From Lytechinus pictus (Eukaryota), in NCBI RefSeq assembly GCF_037042905.1, contig NC_087247.1, positions 19,406,001 through 19,470,000 of the forward strand: DNA of 64,000 nt. The letters are read 5' to 3'. Under the pieces are notes generated by a model. It made no database searches and was not told the DNA's origin. It saw nothing but the letters and a program-made list of their open reading frames with translations. A program made the translations under genes and the position numbers. Positions within the stretch are counted from its first letter, which is position 1. The number at the start of each line of letters is the position of its first letter. Shown piece by piece: positions 34,956 through 46,086 of this stretch.

Positions 34956-35003
<48 letters not shown>
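34956..35003. repeat. (AG)n microsatellite
   Basis: Perfect AG run. Confidence 0.95.
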
Positions 35004-35007
<4 letters not shown>

Positions 35008-36559
35008 TATGTGATCAAGAAGTGATAAGATAGAAAAAAAGACTGATTTGAAATGACTGAAAGAGAGACAAACAAAGAAAGAAGAGCCCCCTCCCACACC
35101 CGAACCAGAGTTACGGGGTTACGACTGTCTCGTCGGTGAATTCAGGTCCATCAACATCTTGAGGTTTGATCTTTCCAGGGGACAAACGCCTTTAACCTAC
35201 CTACATGGAAAATAAAAAGGGGGCCCTTGTGGGAGGAAGCCCTGCCTTCTCCTTGTGACCCTCAGTCAGTCGATTGACACTTGTCTGTTAGGAGAAAGAG
35301 CCTTTAAACATGAAATCCAGCCAATACAATAAGGGGAAGTGTCAATACACTTGAATGGTTATTTGATTATTTTCATTTTGTTTCTATTATTTTTTTTTCT
35401 TTTGTTGTCATATCCTATTAAATTATCCTTCCTTCTCTCACTCTTTTGCAAAGAAAAAGGAAAGAAACCCCAGCAAGATACAAGGAGATGTCTTCTTTTT
35501 TTTCTTTCTTAAAGTCAAAGCTTTTACAAAGATAAAACATAATCTATCATATTGCATACTATTGACAGTTTAGTAAATAATATAGTGTGGGATGCTTTGC
35601 GACCAATCATCCAAGGTTAGATGCAAAAGTCACAAGTATTATAACATATATCGTGTGTACATCCAACGCGCGACTGAATAATTGCAATAGTTATATAACT
35701 TCCAATAGCTGATACACACAAGTATATTTTTTAATCAAGTAAAGTAGTATATAGTAAACGACTGCAAAGTAAATATATTTCTAAAAATCATTTCACTATT
35801 GAGCGGTGGCCATGCAGTCATTATTTTGTAATACCTAGAAAATAATTAAAAGTCTTGCATCATGACAAAAGTCTTCTCAGTGAAATATTAATTTCATAAT
35901 CATGAGACAATTAACTAACTGATAAAGAAGCTTGGAGAACAACTAAGATAGCAACTAAATTTCTGCATAGCTGCATAGATTTACCGTTTCTCAAACAATA
36001 GCTTTGTTCTTAAAACAAAGCGGACGATGGATTTTTGCTTTTTGTTTTGTGCACTTTTCAGTAATGTCATTTTTTCCTTAGTATCAAGTATATTGGTTTC
36101 GGCAAGTAACATAGCCCTCTCTATAATGTATTTTGAGCATTCAGTGAGGAAATGATTTACAGTTTCAATACACCCAATACAATTTGTACACCACCATAGA
36201 CTCGCAAACTCAATATACTAGTATCTCTATGTCATAGAGATGTATACTAATTACGCTAGGGTTATTAGTATATATCTCTATGCTCTATGTACACCACACA
36301 ACACCGCAAGTGCCACGCCCACTATGTGTTCCTGTTTTTCACACACTCTACTTTTGAAGGTCAAGCTGCTATGGCTAAATTATTCAGTATTTCCAGGGTA
36401 TACCGTACTTATAAACATTCAAAATCAAATATCTCATTTTGTAATAAAAAAAATGTAAATGTTGTATGTCAATCGGAAAATTTTGTAGTCCAATTTCAAT
36501 GATCAATTCGTCTGGAAAATTAGACTAATGTGTATTTGTTTACTATGACATCACCTCTC

Positions 36560-36882
36560 GGTCTGCATGTGCGAGCGTGTCTCTATCGCTCGATTGCTAC
36601 CGAGTCTACGTCATTGGCCAGCGCCAAGTCCTGGCTTGCCCGCTCGGCGAATTACGATCAAACGCGTCGGTCTGTGCTATTTAATGGGCGGAGATTCATC
36701 GCGAAACCCCAAATCCACTTCGGAGTCCGAGTATTTTGGTATTTTGCTGCTTGCTCCTTGCTAGCTGTTTGTGTTGTGCAATTCCATTATACCGGTACCT
36801 CGACAAATTGTTTGCCAATCCAGGCATATAGCCATATATAGGTGAATTTAATTCGGGCAAGTTGAATTCCTATCCGGTGAGT
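36560..36882 (+). promoter_or_regulatory. Candidate promoter and non-coding first exon of PARP3
   Basis: Locally CpG-rich with ACGTCA, ATTGG (36613) and GGGCGG (36686), followed by a strong donor CG|GTGAGT at 36877. The ATG-containing exon is preceded by acceptor-like sites (45815, 45874), which implies an upstream exon. Linking the two is inference. Confidence 0.45.
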
Positions 36883-37488
36883 ACCATATATCCGATTTTA
36901 GGTATCGTTTTCACGTATGATTCCTTTCTTCATCCTTGTTAATGTTAGTCAGCCTCTACGAGCTAGGCTCTAGCCCCGGGGACGTGTTCGTGGGCTGCCG
37001 CTAGCGCTGTACTAAGGAGTAAGGTGCAATCGTTGCATGTCGTTCCCTCCTTTGGCATTTGCATGTGTTGCCAATATTGTGACTGTGTCTGTGCCTGTGG
37101 TCAGTGATGGCCCTGGCCTGGATCTTACGTTAGAGTTAGACCTTTAAGACTTTATTCTCCATGTTCAAATTGTGTGTGATGAGTTATGCTAAAATTGATT
37201 TTACCCAGTCGCAGTTATCAATTGGTCGATAAATAAGAAAAATACATGTAGGTTTAGGTCTATATTATTTGGTCTGGAAATGACTTCATTGTGAATGTGT
37301 TGCGACTGTTATTTGTTAAGTAGTCTGTGAGAGTGTGAGTATCATGAAATTAAATTTAGCAACATCATATAACATGTCTCCTCTAGCATGTTTAGACAGT
37401 AGAGCCTCTATACTAGTAGTAGAGCTTAGTCTAAAATAGGCCATATTAGCTAATATGCCCAGCCGCCATTAATACCGCTCATCTAAGT

Positions 37489-37605
37489 AAAAAATCCGGG
37501 ACGGGCGCAAAACGCACACATATGAACACACGCGTACAGTGCTTCGCGAAGCGAAGCACTGTGTGTGTTCATATGTGTGCGTTTTGCGCCCGTCCCGGAT
37601 TTTTT
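37489..37605. repeat. Long near-perfect inverted repeat (43-bp stem, 4-nt bulge, 12-bp stem, GAA loop)
   Basis: AAAAAATCCGGGACGGGCGCAAAACGCACACATATGAACACAC-gcgt-ACAGTGCTTCGC-GAA-GCGAAGCACTGT-GTGTGTTCATATGTGTGCGTTTTGCGCCCGTCCCGGATTTTTT. Confidence 0.95.
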
Positions 37606-37665
37606 TTTGTTGGTAAAGCTTTACGCGGTATATATAAATCTTAATTTCACGACCACGAGGGAATA

Positions 37666-37741
37666 GGTGAGCGTGGCGCAGTGCATAATACGGAGGCATC
37701 TAAGCGTTGGTGGTTCGAATCTTAACAAGGTTTTTTTTTTT
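37666..37741 (+). ncRNA. Candidate Pol III (type 2 promoter) tRNA-like small transcription unit
   Basis: TATATAAA at 37631, A-box-like TGGCGCAGTGC (37674), B box GGTTCGAATC (37712) and a T11 run (37731-37741). It does not fold as a full cloverleaf. Confidence 0.45.
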
Positions 37742-37799
37742 AAGGGGATCGGGGATGTGAAGTATTTCGGTGCTATTTCTAAAGGTCGACATTCGTTTT

Positions 37800-40700
37800 T
37801 ATTGCGTATTTCATGAACTTCATCAACTTTTCTATATTGCTTAAATCCGTATTTTCTGGAAATTTGTCACTCTATACTAGCACCTTAATATGCCCAAAAG
37901 AATTTTGAATAAAATGTGCCTTTCCTACTTTTCTCTTTTCGCTCTATCCCCCCTCAGACATTTCAATCCCCCTGTCCGCTGCTTATATACCCCCAAAAGA
38001 AAACCCCTTTTCTCGCCCTCCGGGCCAACACGAATTATTAGAATCTTGGCTTGTTCATCACTCTATACTAGCACCTTAATATGCCCAACAACTTTTCAAT
38101 ATTGCTTTATTCCGTATTTTCATGAAGCTTGTCACTCTATACTAGCACCTTTAATGCCCAACAACTTTTATATATTGCTTTATTCCGTATTTTCATGAAA
38201 TTTGTCACTCTATACTAGCACCTTAATATGCCCAAAAGAATTTTGAATAAAATATGCCTTTCCTACTTTTCTCTTTTCGCTCTATCCCCCCTCAGACATT
38301 TCAACCCCCCTGTCCGCTGCTTATATACCCCCAAAAGAAAACCCCTTTTCTCGCCCTCCGGGCCAACACGAATTATTAAAATCTTGGCTTGTTCATCACT
38401 CTATACTAGCACCTTAATATGCCCAACAACTTTTCAATATTGCTTTATTCCGCATTTTCATGAAGCTTGTAACTCTATACTAGCACCTTAATATGCCCAA
38501 AAGAATTTTGAATAAAATTTGCTTTTCCTACTTTTCTCTTTTCGCTCTATCCCCCCTCAGACATTTCAATCCCCCTGTCCGCTGCTTATATACCCCCAAA
38601 AGAAAACCCCTTTTCTCGCCCATTGGGCCAACACGAATTATTAGAATCTTGGCTTGTTCATCACTCTATACTAGCACCTTAATATGCCCAACAACTCTTC
38701 AATATTGCTTTATTCCGTATTTTCATGAAGCTTGTCACTCTATACTAGCACCTTAATATGCCCAACAACTTTTCTATATTGCTTTATTCCGTATATTTAT
38801 GAAGTTTGTCACTCTATACTAGCACCTTAATATACCCACAGAATATTAAATTGTGTTCACAATTTTCTATATCGCTTTATTCTGTATATTTTGTATGCAG
38901 TCACTCTATACTGCATCAAAATAATTAATACGGACTAAAGAAATAGAGAATTAAGAATCTTGGCTCGATCATCACTTAGTACTTTATGCCCACAAACTTT
39001 TCTTTATTCCGTATTTTGGTAAAGCTTGTCACTCTTTATTAGCACCTTAATAATAATGCCCCCCCCCAAAAAAAAAAAAAAAAAAAAAAAATATTATTGC
39101 ATTTCAACTTTACTATATCGGTTTTTACGTATTTTGTTGAAGTTTTTATACTAACACCCTAATATGCCTCCCATGCATTTTTGTTGCCTTACTTTTCCTT
39201 CGCTCTTCGCCCAGCCAGACATTTCAAACCCAGAACACCACTTTTCCCGCCCTCCGGTCAATAGTAATTATTAGAATCTCGGTTGATTTGTCCCTATGCT
39301 CACCAAGTTTTCTCTATAAGCTTTATCCCGTATATATTTAGTGAAGTTTGTCACTATACTAGCACCTTAATCAATTTGCCCATCAAAAAATTCAAATTGC
39401 GTTTTAACATATGTTTTTCCTTTATTCCGTATTTGTCATGTTTGTAGCTAATCACATTTGGAATATACATCTGTACCATTAAAAGTTCGTCTTGCTCTTT
39501 CTTGAGGAAAATAAAAATAAAAAATTGACAAAATCCATTTATGATAGAGTGACGATGGAAGAGTAGAAAAGATACGCAAAAATGTTGGACATAATAAGAT
39601 GCCCTATATAGAGTTTAACAATTACGGAATAAAGCAATATTGCGAAGGAGGAAAATTAAGAAACAACATAAAAATACAGCATAAAGTGAAAGTTCATGAA
39701 TAAATAAAATCATGAACAGATGAAAAAAAGAAAAAAAACCCACAGAGACACGTAATAAAGCAATATACACCATAAAGAATGAAGACTATAAACAAACATA
39801 ACAAATTTATTCATTTATTTAAATATCTTTATACAGGATAACAAGCTCAGATTCACTGTTTTTAAACATGGTCCTGTTAAAATGAAATAACAATATATAC
39901 AAAAAGATAAAAGTGTAACTTAGGTTCTATACAAATAGTAAATGCATTCGATATCAATAACATTAAAATCAGAATCATCACTAGTAAAACAATTGTATAA
40001 AAATAACATATTCAATTTTTGAGGAATCAATGAAATGAAAACATTTCTCTCTTGCTTTATTCCATATTTCAAGAAATTTGGGCCTGTATACTAGCAACTT
40101 AATATGCCCACCAACTTTTCTATATTGCTTTATTCCGTATATTTATGAAGTTTGTCACTCTATACTAGCACTTTAATATACCAAAAGAATATTAAATTGT
40201 GTTCAAAATTTTCTATATCGCTTTATTCCGTATTTTGATAAGTTTGTCACTTTATACCAGCACCTTAATATGCCAACATTTCTGTATTGCTTTATTCTGT
40301 ATATTTTTTATGCAGTCACTCTATACTGCATCAAATTGATACGGACTAAAGCAATAGAGAATTAAGAATCTTGGCTCGATCATCACTTAGTACTTTATGC
40401 CCACAACCTTTTCTTTATTACTTTATTCCGTATTTTGGTGAAGCTTAATTGTCACTCTTTATTAGCACCTAAATTTTGTTGAAGATTTTATACTAACACC
40501 CGAATATGCCTCCCATTTTTGTTGCCTTATATACTTTTCCTTCGCTCTACTCCCCGCCCAGCCAGACATTTCGGCATTTCAAACCCAGAACACCACTTTT
40601 CCCGCCCTCCGGTCAATAGTAATTATTAGAATCTCGGTTGATTCGTCCCTATGCTCACCAAGTTTTCTCTATAAGCTTTATCCCATATTTAGTGAAGTTT

Positions 40701-42495
40701 GTCACTATACTTATCTAGCACCTTAATCAATTTGCCCATCAAAAAATTCAAATTGCGTTTTAACATATGTTTTTCATTTATTCCGTATATTTGCAGCTAA
40801 TCACCTTTGAAATATACATCTGTACCATTAAAAGTTCGTCTTGCTCTTTCTTGAGGAAAATAAAAATAAGCTAACATTGACAAAATCCATTTATGATAGG
40901 GTGACGATGGAAGAGTAGAAAAGATACGCAAAAATGTTGGACATAATAAAATGCCCTATATAGAGTTTAAAAATTACGGAATAAAGCAATATTGCGAAGG
41001 AGGAAAATTGAGAAACAACATAAAAATACAGCATAAAGTGAAAGTTCATGAATAAATAAAATCATGAACAGATGAAAAAAAGAAAAAAAAAAGACCCAGA
41101 GACACGTAATAAAGCAATATACACCATAAAGAATGAAGACTATAAACAAACATAACAAATTTATTTATTTATTTAAATATCTTTATACAGGATAACAAGC
41201 TCAGATTCACTGTTTTTAAACATGGTCCTGTTAAAATGAAATAACAATATATACAAAAAGATAAAAGTGTAACTTAGGTTCTATACAAATAGTGAATGAA
41301 TTCGATATCAATAACATTAAAATCAGAATCATCACTAGTAAAACAATTGTATAAAAATAACATATTCAATTTTTGAGGAATCAATTAAATGAGAACATTT
41401 CTCTCTTGCTTTATTCCATATTTCAAGAAATTTGGGCCTGTATACTAGCAACTTAATATGCCCACCAACTTTTCTATATTGCTTTATTCCGTATATTTAT
41501 GAAGTTTATCACTCTATAATAGCACATTAATATACCCACAGAAAATTAAATTGTGTTCAAAATTTTCTATATCGCTTTATTCCGTAATTTGATAAGTTTG
41601 TCACTTTATACCAGCACCTTAATATGCCAACATTTCTGTATTGCTTTATTCTGTATATTTTTTATGCAGTCACTCTATACTGCATCAAATTGATACGGAC
41701 TAAAGCAATAGAGAATTAAGAATCTTGGCTCGATCATCACTTAGTACTTTATGCCCACAAACTTTTCTTTATTACTTTATTCCGTATTTTGGTGAAGCTT
41801 AATTGTCACTCTTTATTAGCACCTAAATAATTATGCCCCCCCCCCAAAAAAAAATAAATATATTATTGCGTTTCAACTTTACTATATCGGTTTTTACGTA
41901 TTTTGTTGAAGATTTTATACTAACACCCGAATATGCCTCCCATTTTTGTTGCCTTATATACTTTTCCTTCGCTCTACCCCCCGCCCAGCCAGACATTTCA
42001 AACCCAGAACACCACTTTTCCCGCCCTCCGGTCAATAGTAATTATTAGAATCTCAGTTGATTCGTCCCTATGCTCACCAAGTTTTCCGTTTTCTCTATAA
42101 GCTTTATCCCATATTTAGTGAAGTTTGTCACTATACTAACACCTTAATCAATTTGCCCATCAAAAAAATCAAATTGCGTTTTAACATATGTTTTTCCTTT
42201 ATTCCGTATTTGTCATGTTTGTAGCTAATCACCTTTGGAATATACATCTGTACCATTAAAAGTCCGTCTTGCTCTTTCTTGAGGAAAATAAAAATAAGCT
42301 AACATTGACAAAATCCATTTATGATAGGGTGACGATGGAAGAGTAGAAAAGATACGCAAAAATGTTGGACATAATAAAATGCCCTATATAGAGTTTAACA
42401 ATTACGGAATAAAGCAATAACGCGAAGGAGGAAAATTGAGAAACAACATAAAAATACAGCATAAAGTGAAAGTTCATGAATATATAAAATCATGC
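37800..42495. repeat. Hierarchical tandem repeats: short subunit (TTTATTCCGTATTT...TTGTCACTCTATACTAGCACCTTAATATGCCC), three 265-338-bp units and ~three ~1.35-kb units
   Basis: Units start at ~37890, 38228 and 38493. Larger units recur with offsets of ~1.35 kb (e.g. GAGTAGAAAAGATACGC at ~39561, 40912, 42341). Confidence 0.9.
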
Positions 42496-43350
42496 ATAAA
42501 AGTTTATGCATTATGTGCGAGATGCGGCAAGACACATCTTGATGTCAGTGGGGCACGATTGACATGGAGGGCGCAACTTTTCGCAGAGGATTAGAGTGAG
42601 GATTGTTTGAGAGGATTAGAGTGAAGAAAGAAAGGTTTGAGAGAGATGATTGATGAGCTTGCCGGGCGAACAAAAAAATGAGGAAATTTGTTGACTTGGA
42701 ATATTTTGGCGGAAGGAGTGAAGGAGGTTAAAATTCAATATAACGGGGCATTTATATATAACCAAGAAGGATAACGCAAAAGTGAGTATATGAAATTATT
42801 TACAATTTCTTGTGCATACTTTTTTTTTCAATTTTGCCGTGCCTACCAAAATGCCACATTTATTTGAAAATATCCGAGAAGATCGTATATTGGCGGACCG
42901 ATAGCGACATGAGGTTTGCTGTAGAGGGGATAACTTGGGAGTTTAGAATGAAAAAAGGAAGCTATATATATGTTAAAATAAAGTTTTAGGCCTACACGCC
43001 GACTACGAACATCAAGTGCTAACTAGTTGCGTGAGTTTTTTGTTCCATGTTTAGGCCCCCTGTTGCCTAAACAGAGAAATGTTCCGGGTGTTATTTCAGG
43101 TGACTCAATATACTCAATAGTAAACGCACATCGTGTTAAAATACATAGCGATAATATAAACGAAGTGAAAAAAATAACAAAATCCTGTTTGGAATTATTG
43201 GTACCATTATCTATAGCCCCTGGATCCTTAAATATATATATTTTCTAATGAATTAAATCACTGATCGTTGATTCCCTGGCCTGCTATAACTGCCGCCGGG
43301 GAAACCTCCGTACGACTTGAGCGCTAAACCAGTTTCGGCTGTCAGCTCAT

Positions 43351-43415
43351 CTCATGTGGCATGCTGACTACGATGCTGGACTGCAGATCAAAAGGTTCGA
43401 GTTCGATCCCCATCA
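43351..43415 (+). pseudogene. Degenerate tRNA-like sequence resembling tRNA-Cys(GCA)
   Basis: GACTGCAGATCAAAAGGT matches the anticodon arm and variable region of eukaryotic tRNA-Cys (GACTGCAGATCAAGAGGT), followed by B-box-like GTTCGATCCC. The acceptor and D arms are not intact. Confidence 0.4.
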
Positions 43416-44189
43416 AGGACAGAAAAAATAAGGTTAGTAAAAAAGTGTTATGTAATATAATATGAAATGAAATGCACAGTATGATGAATAAATTGGATGG
43501 AATGAATGAATGAGGAATAAATCCACCCACCATGTATCATACAGAAAACACAAAAAGAAAACGAAAATACGATGCACATAGTATTTTATTGAAAACCCGC
43601 CGATTTCGTATATTTTAGTGCCCCTTCACCCCCCCCCCAATCCCTAATCCCCGCCCCTCTCTCGCACAGCTGAAATACCCATTAACACGCCACTTCACTG
43701 AACGCCGATATCCCGCTGACTGAGCTTTGTTATTGTGCGGTCATGTGTGACACCGGTCGCACATGCTCTTACGCACGTCTAGCGATAAGAATTTTCACTG
43801 AGCTGAGCAGTTTTAATGGCGCTTGGGCACAATAGCGAATTTGGCCCTAAAATACATGTAATACTAATAGGGTAGGTCTACACAACCTTATCAGAGGCAT
43901 TAGATTTTTTCTGAAATCCATTTATCTTTAAAATGAAATTGTTTTTCTGAGGTATTATTTCTAATCAGGTAAAATAAGAAATTCTATCTGAAATGATATT
44001 TATCATGTGAATCTAAAGATCTGATACGATAATCAGTAGGGCAGCAGTACATCCATCAAATGTATACAAATACTAGTAGGCCTATACCCATGATGCTTTG
44101 AAAAAAAATAGTAAACTTAAAAACAGTGGGCCCTGACCCTTGCTGAGATCGACGTTGCAGAGATCATAAAATAAACCTCTCAAAAAAAG

Positions 44190-44580
44190 TTTGGAAATCT
44201 GTGTTTGCCCATTAATTTCTCCCTACTCCCAATTTCAAACAATGCATATTTTACATCATTCGAAAGATAATTTAATTCTCTTTAAAATGATACCATGCTT
44301 TTTATGATCATGTCATCACGAAAAGAGCAGGATTCAAATGTGTTGGATGAGGTCTGAATTGAAAAGCTGCAAAACGAGCAAAAAGGGTTTGGAAATCTGA
44401 GTTTGACCATTCCTTTATCCCACCTCCCAATATTGCACAATGCATATTTGATATCATTCAAAAGATCATTTATTTCTCTTTCAGATGATACCATGCTTGT
44501 TATGATCATGCCATCACGAAAAGAGCAGGCAAAAGTGTTGGATGAGGTCTGAATCGAAAAGCTGCAAAAACGAGCAGAAA
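44190..44580. repeat. Two diverged ~198-bp tandem copies
   Basis: TTGGAAATCTG...GATACCATGCTT...GTGTTGGATGAGGTCTGAAT...GAAAAGCTGCAAAA occurs twice. Confidence 0.8.
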
Positions 44581-44904
44581 TAGTCATAAAGGGTCAATAC
44601 AGAACATGGTTCTTTTGTCTGTGTCAGTAGAGATGAAAATCCATTCAAACCAAGCCCCTGCTTCTGTAGTGATGGTTATGTGAGATAACATGGTTTGTGT
44701 CGTTGTTTGAAATACCCATACATGTTCGTTTGTTATGTTTTTGCTTGTGCAGAGGTGTGTTTGATTCCATGTTAATGTTGATGTTAAGGTGCATGAAAAC
44801 AATTAAAAGAAATTACTGAAAAACTCACTCATCACCACGGAAAAAGAACAGTGACTTTCAATATTGCGTCATTTTGCAACTTTTGAATTTTGACCTGAAT
44901 GTAA

Positions 44905-45058
44905 ATAAATATTTGTGCAATGGAAAGAATATTTACATTTGATGAAAGATGAAAATGTTCCATTCGACTCGGCTAACGCCTCGTTGAATGGAACTTTTCA
45001 TCTTTCATCTCATGAAAATATTCTTCCCATTACACGCATACACATTCATTATTTGTAT
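44905..45058. repeat. Short imperfect palindromic element
   Basis: GATGAAAGATGAAAATGTTCCATTCGAC-TCGGCTAACGCCTC-GTTGAATGGAACTTTTCATCTTTCATC core with weaker outer arms. Confidence 0.7.
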
Positions 45059-45909
45059 ATTGAAATGATACGTGCAATAATGTGATATGGCAAAAAGAAG
45101 CTGCTGAAAACTGCTTATCTAATAAAAGAGAGCCAATGGAGTAAATTAAAAAGTCAAAAGGGGCCTAAGCTTTCGATCCTAGCAGAATCTTTTAATAATG
45201 TGATATTAAAAAGAAATTTCTGTATAGCCATGTTAGTGTACAGTTCAAAGGCATTTGGATTGAATGAAATTAATGTTTCTTTGCCTCACCTCCTGTCTGG
45301 AGGGATTTTCATTATGAGATAAGAGTGCTATTAAACATCTTTTCTCATTAGAATATTGGATCATAAGCTTGTCATACAGAGATAAAGTGAAGATGAAATT
45401 GCTGCTAGAATACCATTCCAGTGTGATTTTTCGGGCTTTTGGAGGTGGATTTTATAAAGTGGGCACTCGGCAGCTATGCATGTGGGCATGAATGTTTCTT
45501 ACATCTATTTGGCACTAAAAATACAGTTCATCATCAGTACATACATAATTCTAAATCTAATGAATTTATTAGATAGGAATAACCATTTCGGGGATGGGGG
45601 ATAATTTATTTTAAACTTTCTGGCAATTAAATGCCTATCACCCCCATCACGGAGGTAAGTGTTACCAAGTTGGCTAACGTATATTTAGGTCAAGAAAATA
45701 AAAATGTTACTGAGGATTTGATAACTACAAATTTGCTTAAATCCAATATTTATGATTGTGGATAAGACAATTGATAGACAATGATGAAATTTACATTGTT
45801 TTTATTTGTTGCAGTGGTTAGTCTGGTTTATGGGAAGTGAAAGATAACTTACATCTTATTTACCCTTTCCTCAGAACTCTTCCAACTTCTCAACAAACTG
45901 TAATCAACC

Positions 45910-46086
45910 ATGCCTCCAAAGAAGCGATCAGCAAGCACAAAGGCAGGTGGGAAGGGGGCTAAAGTGTTGAAGAAAGAACCAGATGATGGTGGACTGAAGG
46001 CTGCTGTTGAGAAACTCAAAACTGCTGACAAAGAGAAGAAATCATCTCATACTAAAGATAGCCATTGTAGTTGGCCTGGTAGTGTG
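45910..46086 (+). CDS. PARP3: PARP3 coding exon 1 (basic N-terminus MPPKKRS...)
   Basis: ATG in good context (AACCATG); donor GTAAGT; 177 nt, phase 0. Confidence 0.85.

Larger units (their letters stand above)
37439..43846. mobile_element. 6.4-kb non-autonomous DNA transposon with GGCCA termini, ~55-bp imperfect TIRs and 8-bp TSD CTAAAATA
   Basis: CTAAAATA|GGCCATATTAGCTAATATGCCCAGCCGCCATTAATACCGCTCA ... TGAGCAGTTTTAATGGCGCTTGGGCACAATAGCGAATTTGGCC|CTAAAATA. No transposase ORF; the interior is mostly tandem repeats. Confidence 0.85.

Noticed and set aside
37890-38756. Three repeated 87-102-aa ORFs (MPKRILNK...)
   Set aside because: They are by-products of the tandem units, with no domain or splice support.
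45155-45195. Second hammerhead-like motif on the minus strand (GATTCTGCTAGGATCGAAAGCTTAGG)
   Set aside because: It has a stem II-GAAA-palindrome portion but lacks the CUGANGA box; at most a truncated Penelope relic.
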